Shown: one piece after another, positions 45,659 to 50,145 of the stretch | How the letters are laid out: the number at the start of each line of letters is the position of its first letter | Numbering within the stretch: position 1 is the stretch's first letter | Source: a virus | Taxonomy: Duplodnaviria > Caudoviricetes | Length of the DNA stretch: 50,145 bases | Virus record (IMG/VR): IMGVR_UViG_3300010400_000026 | Coordinates: 1-50,145 of that record | Direction: 5' to 3' (one strand) | The notes under the pieces: model-generated | Database searches by the model: none | Told to the model about the DNA's origin: nothing | The model's input: the letters and a program-made list of their open reading frames with translations, nothing else | Translations under genes and position numbers: made by a program

Positions 45659-48600
45659 ATGGCTTCCGGCAAACAATCCGAACGCGTATTATCCGGTGGC
45701 CTGAATTTCCTCGCGCCCACCAACAAGCTCAACGAAGGCCAAGCGCTCGCATTGACCAACTGCCGGGTGGACGAAAGTGGACAGTTAGTGTCGCGCAAGG
45801 GCTCAGACGAACTGTTCAGCGGTTCATTCGGGCCTGGCCACACGCTGTTCCGCACGGGTATCGTTCGCTTCGGTGGATTCGGTGTGGACCTGCGCGGCGG
45901 CAGCCTTTTCGAGTATCTGATCGCATCAGGTTTCGATGGCCAACCGCTTGGCATCGTCAGCTATCAGAACTGGGTCTGGATCATGAACCAGGCCAAACAG
46001 GGCAAGCTGCCGGCATTCCCGGTGACTCCGGATAGCGTGCTTTCGGAGTGGGTGCCGGCCGCGCCGACGGCCGCGCCGTTAGCCTTCGGCACAGATGGCG
46101 GCACGTGGAGTGGGGATTTTGAGTTTTTCTACACGTTTGATACTCCCTTCGGCCATGAGTCCGGGCCTTCCCCGATCAGCACAGAGAATCCGGGTTCGCT
46201 TGGTGGACCGGCGCATCTGTTTCAACAGTGGCCAACGCTGCAGAACATCGCAGCATCGCCCGATCCGCAAGTGGACCGCCGGCAGATTTATGCGGTAGGT
46301 GGACCCCTCACGACTCCGCTACGGATTGGCACGGTTTGGGGAAATGTGCTCGTCGATGGATTTTTCGTCCCATCATTTGTTGCGCGCATCTCCATTGATA
46401 ACGTCATCGCGCAGAACATCCCGATCCCAGGCGCGAACGATCCGCCGCCGCCGGCGCTGGGCCTGGTGGGTCCGTATTTCGGCAAGCTGATCGCATTCAA
46501 CTCTGCGGATCATCCCGCGCGCTACTGGTGGACGCCGACCGCGCAGCCGTGGGCTTGGCCGGGTGCGCATGACGATTTCGAAGGCCAATGGGAAGATACC
46601 GGCGATTCCGGAGATCCGCTGCTTGCGGTGACCAATCACGTCCGCGTGCTCATCATCTACAAGCGGAACAGCGTCTGGCGGCTCTCGGGCGATCCCGACA
46701 CCAGCGACCCGGAACAGGTGAACGTCAAGCTGGGCACCGTTGGACCGAAATCGGTAGCATACGCCGGACCCTACGATTTCACAGTCTACAAAGAGGGCAT
46801 CTACCGCTTCAACGGCGATTTTGAAGAGAAGATTTCCCAGGCCATCGATCCGCTGTTCAAAAACGATTGGGTCGAGTTGGCCGACTTCCACGTCTCGGGC
46901 GCCGCCACGCTGGGCCGGTATTACGCGCTGTGGATCAACCTCGAATTCATCCACACGTGCATTCTGCACTTTTCGAATGGGCGCCTCTACTTCAGTTATC
47001 CGGAGATCGGGCATTCCACACCCAGCGCCACGCTGGTCTATGACACCGAAACCCGGACTTGGTCCGGCATGGCCTTCGATAGCCGCGTGGGCTCGAGCGG
47101 ATTCACCGCGCTCTATGACGAGGGCCAGGGCGGCAACTTCCTGGGCGTCATCAACCGGGATGCGCTGACTTCGATTCGTATTCTCGAAAACGATAACACC
47201 ACCGACAGCGGCAATCCCATCCCGTTCATCTATCAGTCCCGCTACATGGATCAGGGCTTGCCGGATAACGACAAGGTGTACTCGGACGTGGTGATCGAGT
47301 ACCGCTGCTCGGACGGCGACCAGAACGTCACCAGCTCCGTGCTGACCGTGAAAGCGCTCTACGACAACGGGGAAGTGGAGCTGCTGGGCCAGCTCAATTC
47401 CGCGAGCTGGGCGACGGCTGTTTATGCTCTGCGCCCGCCGCCGAGTGAAGGCCGCGTTGCCCGCCGGTTTGCTATCCGCATCGAAGGCCGGGTGATGAGC
47501 ACGGTGCACATCCGCTATGTGCATCTGTACTGGTATCCGCTCGCGCGCAAGGGCCGCACGTTCGACACCGGCGTCATCGATTGCGGCACACGCCAGGCCA
47601 AGCAGGTGGACCGGATCGAGCTAGAACTGACGGCGAGCAGAGATGGCTCATGGCTGCTCGAGAGCGATCTGCCCGGTGGTGTGGTGCAATTCCGCCGCGG
47701 TTCTCTCTTTTCAGCCGCCACGCGGCGTACAGTGTTGCCGATCACGCTTGTTGATCCGCTCGACGCTCACAAGCCCATTGAAGGGCGCGTGCTGCGTCTA
47801 TTGGTAGGCACGGTGACGCCACCGGAGCCCGCCGCAGCTCCGGAGCCTGAAGGCGATCCGAGCTCGATCACGCTGACGATCTGGTCGAGCTTCAGTGGCA
47901 CGCTCGGGACACCGAAGGCCCCGCTATCGATCGGAGGCTTCGCCAATCTGGCAGTTGCCGCCGGGCTCGGCTCAGCCACCACGGCGATCAATCCCGCGAC
48001 GAACATGACCACGTTCGATCTGGGCTTTTTCATCGACTATTCGGGCGGCACGGTTCACATGGACCCTCCTGGCGAGGTGCTATCGATCTGGGATGCGTAC
48101 ATCGATGCCGTCTACTCGAATGGCACGTTCCGCTTCCGGCCTGTCTTGGCAATCCCGGATAATGCCGGTTTCTCCAGCGGCTGGGTCGAAAATGACCAGC
48201 TGGCCATCGATGTGGACTCGAACCCGCCGACCAGCCACGCGATGGTCGAACGCTGGCATTTCTCCAACCTATCCGTGCCGGCGGGCCTGACCTTGCGGAA
48301 CTTTACGACCGACGTCAATGCGAACCCTGGCGGGCCCGGCGGAACACCGTCGGGCGACCTGATCGCCGGCGATCTGCAAATGCACCGGGCTCGGATTCGG
48401 ATGCGCGTGCTGGGTGAGTACTTCGACGGCGCACGTGGGGAATTCTTCGAGAGCTCGGAGATTGGCGGCACGGCGCTGCAACGCATCGATCAGTTCAAAG
48501 ACCTGCTGCTCGATTACGATCTGGCGGCAGCTGGATCGCTGCAACTCTACACGGACCTGCCCGGAAACGCGGTAGCGCTTCAGCGCACCATGACCGTGCC

Positions 48601-49198
48601 GGCCAGCAGTTCGCGGCGCACGTGGCCCGCGGCGCTCGATACCACGGCATTCCTCGAGGGCAGCCTGTTCAAGTTCCGGCTGGTGAGTGCCGGGATCGGA
48701 AGAATCTATGGAGCCACTCTGCGGCGGCGCAAAATCGGTGTGTACATGGAGCTCAGCCTCGGAGAAATCTGGGAGCCTCAGCCGATCTATTCCGAGCACC
48801 CGATGTTGTACCGCGAGATCGAATTCAACCTGCAATCGACGGGCAGCGTCACTGCGCAGATTTTCACCGAGATGCCGGGCAACCAGTTGGCCGAACGGCT
48901 CAGCTATCCCATCGATCCATCCGCAGCCGTCGAGCGCATTCCGCATAACCGGCGCCTGCCAGGAACGACGAAAGGGCGATTATTCCAGGTGAAGCTGGCG
49001 GGCTCTGGTTCGATTGTGCGCCTGTTCAGCGCGCGTGTGCTGGCGCGACCGTTGGCTGGACCCGGTAGCCATGACTGGCAGTGGATCCCGCTTTTTGCCG
49101 AAGCCACGCCAGACGCGTGGGAAACGGTTGAGATCCCGATGAAGCAGACGGCGCCCGATTACACCTGGTTCGAGCTGCCGGTCGATCCGATCACCTGA
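45659..49198 (+). CDS. Tail nozzle/stabilisation protein (P22 gp10/T7 gp12-like) with extra domains
   Basis: N-terminal GGLN...N...G.L..RKG; beta-propeller-like repeats; D.G....DK motif. Confidence 0.7.
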   Translation: MASGKQSERVLSGGLNFLAPTNKLNEGQALALTNCRVDESGQLVSRKGSDELFSGSFGPGHTLFRTGIVRFGGFGVDLRGGSLFEYLIASGFDGQPLGIVSYQNWVWIMNQAKQGKLPAFPVTPDSVLSEWVPAAPTAAPLAFGTDGGTWSGDFEFFYTFDTPFGHESGPSPISTENPGSLGGPAHLFQQWPTLQNIAASPDPQVDRRQIYAVGGPLTTPLRIGTVWGNVLVDGFFVPSFVARISIDNVIAQNIPIPGANDPPPPALGLVGPYFGKLIAFNSADHPARYWWTPTAQPWAWPGAHDDFEGQWEDTGDSGDPLLAVTNHVRVLIIYKRNSVWRLSGDPDTSDPEQVNVKLGTVGPKSVAYAGPYDFTVYKEGIYRFNGDFEEKISQAIDPLFKNDWVELADFHVSGAATLGRYYALWINLEFIHTCILHFSNGRLYFSYPEIGHSTPSATLVYDTETRTWSGMAFDSRVGSSGFTALYDEGQGGNFLGVINRDALTSIRILENDNTTDSGNPIPFIYQSRYMDQGLPDNDKVYSDVVIEYRCSDGDQNVTSSVLTVKALYDNGEVELLGQLNSASWATAVYALRPPPSEGRVARRFAIRIEGRVMSTVHIRYVHLYWYPLARKGRTFDTGVIDCGTRQAKQVDRIELELTASRDGSWLLESDLPGGVVQFRRGSLFSAATRRTVLPITLVDPLDAHKPIEGRVLRLLVGTVTPPEPAAAPEPEGDPSSITLTIWSSFSGTLGTPKAPLSIGGFANLAVAAGLGSATTAINPATNMTTFDLGFFIDYSGGTVHMDPPGEVLSIWDAYIDAVYSNGTFRFRPVLAIPDNAGFSSGWVENDQLAIDVDSNPPTSHAMVERWHFSNLSVPAGLTLRNFTTDVNANPGGPGGTPSGDLIAGDLQMHRARIRMRVLGEYFDGARGEFFESSEIGGTALQRIDQFKDLLLDYDLAAAGSLQLYTDLPGNAVALQRTMTVPASSSRRTWPAALDTTAFLEGSLFKFRLVSAGIGRIYGATLRRRKIGVYMELSLGEIWEPQPIYSEHPMLYREIEFNLQSTGSVTAQIFTEMPGNQLAERLSYPIDPSAAVERIPHNRRLPGTTKGRLFQVKLAGSGSIVRLFSARVLARPLAGPGSHDWQWIPLFAEATPDAWETVEIPMKQTAPDYTWFELPVDPIT

Positions 49199-49200
49199 CC

Positions 49201-50145
49201 ATGGCCAACCCGTCGCGTGCCAATCTCCGCAAAAAGCTGGCGCTCGAGCTGCCACCCAACGCAGCGGTGACGCCGGAGATCCTCATTCGCACGCTGAACG
49301 ATCGCTTTCGCCGGATCGAAGATCACGTCGGCGTGGCCAGCATCACCACGATCATTAACGAGGGCAGCGCCCCGCCTCCGACTCCGGCGCCGCAGACCAT
49401 CGATGTGATCCGAGAAGTGCCGGCGGGTGTCAAGGACGGCGTAAACCGGATTTTTACCCTCTCGTTTCAGCCCGATCCGCAGTGGTCCTTGATCCTGGTA
49501 CGGAACAACCTGGTGCAGAACCCGTACGTTCCGCCCAACTTTGTGCTGGACGGCGCGACCATCACGTACGCGGTGGCCATGGAAGCGATTGACGAACACG
49601 TAGCGTGGTACATCAAGGGGGCAGCCGCGCCAGACACGGAGCCGCACGTCGCGGGGCAAGCGCGCCAGTTTGCCGGCGGCACCGACAAGATCGACTGGGG
49701 CAATTCCTCGGTGTTCAATCTGCACGGGGATATGTCTTTCGGAGCCTGGGTCAAACTGCCGTCGAACACCATGGGCGCCATCGTTTCCCGCGGCTTCAGC
49801 CAGACCACACAAGACACCAACGATGCGTTCAAGCTCGGCGTGTTTGGCAATGCGATCCCTGGTCGCTGGGATTTCGTCTATGGGCACGATTACGGCGTCG
49901 GCGGCCTATTCGAGTTCTACCAGTTCGCGGTCGGAGTGCCGAGTGAAACCTGGCTCTACGTGGGTTTTTCGCGAGATGCAGCGGCAAAGACCGTCTCGGT
50001 TTTTATTGGCGACGGGGACATCATCCAGACCATTGCTGTCTGGGCTTACACGAACGCTCCAGACGGCGGAACCAGCGGCAGCTGCAAGCTCCAGATCGGG
50101 AACTATGCCGGGGGCGCAGCGCCACAAACCTGGTCGCAACCGCTC
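49201..50145 (+). CDS. LamG/ConA-domain tail protein, truncated by the window end (absent from ORF track)
   Basis: Open 315 codons: EVP.G..DGVN..FTL; F.G..D.ID.GN...SFGAWVK...W.YVGF.RD...LQIG. Confidence 0.75.
   Translation, partial: MANPSRANLRKKLALELPPNAAVTPEILIRTLNDRFRRIEDHVGVASITTIINEGSAPPPTPAPQTIDVIREVPAGVKDGVNRIFTLSFQPDPQWSLILVRNNLVQNPYVPPNFVLDGATITYAVAMEAIDEHVAWYIKGAAAPDTEPHVAGQARQFAGGTDKIDWGNSSVFNLHGDMSFGAWVKLPSNTMGAIVSRGFSQTTQDTNDAFKLGVFGNAIPGRWDFVYGHDYGVGGLFEFYQFAVGVPSETWLYVGFSRDAAAKTVSVFIGDGDIIQTIAVWAYTNAPDGGTSGSCKLQIGNYAGGAAPQTWSQPL

Noticed and set aside
1-50145. CRISPR array, DGR/reverse transcriptase, intron/intein, recoded stop codons
   Set aside because: No repeat-spacer array, RT motifs, TR/VR pair or interrupted core genes were seen, and the standard code gives dense ORFs.

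Overview
The window is an essentially complete temperate tailed-phage genome with podovirus-like virion genes and high GC. It appears to be the excised, circular form, opened inside a LamG-domain tail gene whose two halves sit at the window ends. Layout: ejection-protein module (1-5.6 kb); membrane and lysogeny genes (5.6-7.9 kb); a divergent switch made of two ribbon-helix-helix regulators with paired GTGCAC operators (7.5-8.2 kb); an early operon (8-22.7 kb); and a late region (22.7-50 kb). The early operon holds an annealing protein, a tRNA-Met nested in a CDS, Gp157, a structured RNA, a tyrosine integrase, a tRNA-Val-type attP, ParB-like and RusA-like genes, and a replication initiator with an internal ori. 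The late region holds TerS, a sigma-70 factor, TerL, portal, scaffold, capsid, three adaptor-like paralogs, an M15 endolysin and a nozzle-like protein. The most striking feature is that at least seven fibre- or enzyme-like genes inside the structural operon carry Sec-type signal peptides. A GACGGCAAT motif also recurs before late genes, and the integrase has Asn in place of its first catalytic Arg. The host may be Acidobacteriota-like (inference only). All product calls come from motif recognition by eye; no database searches were run.
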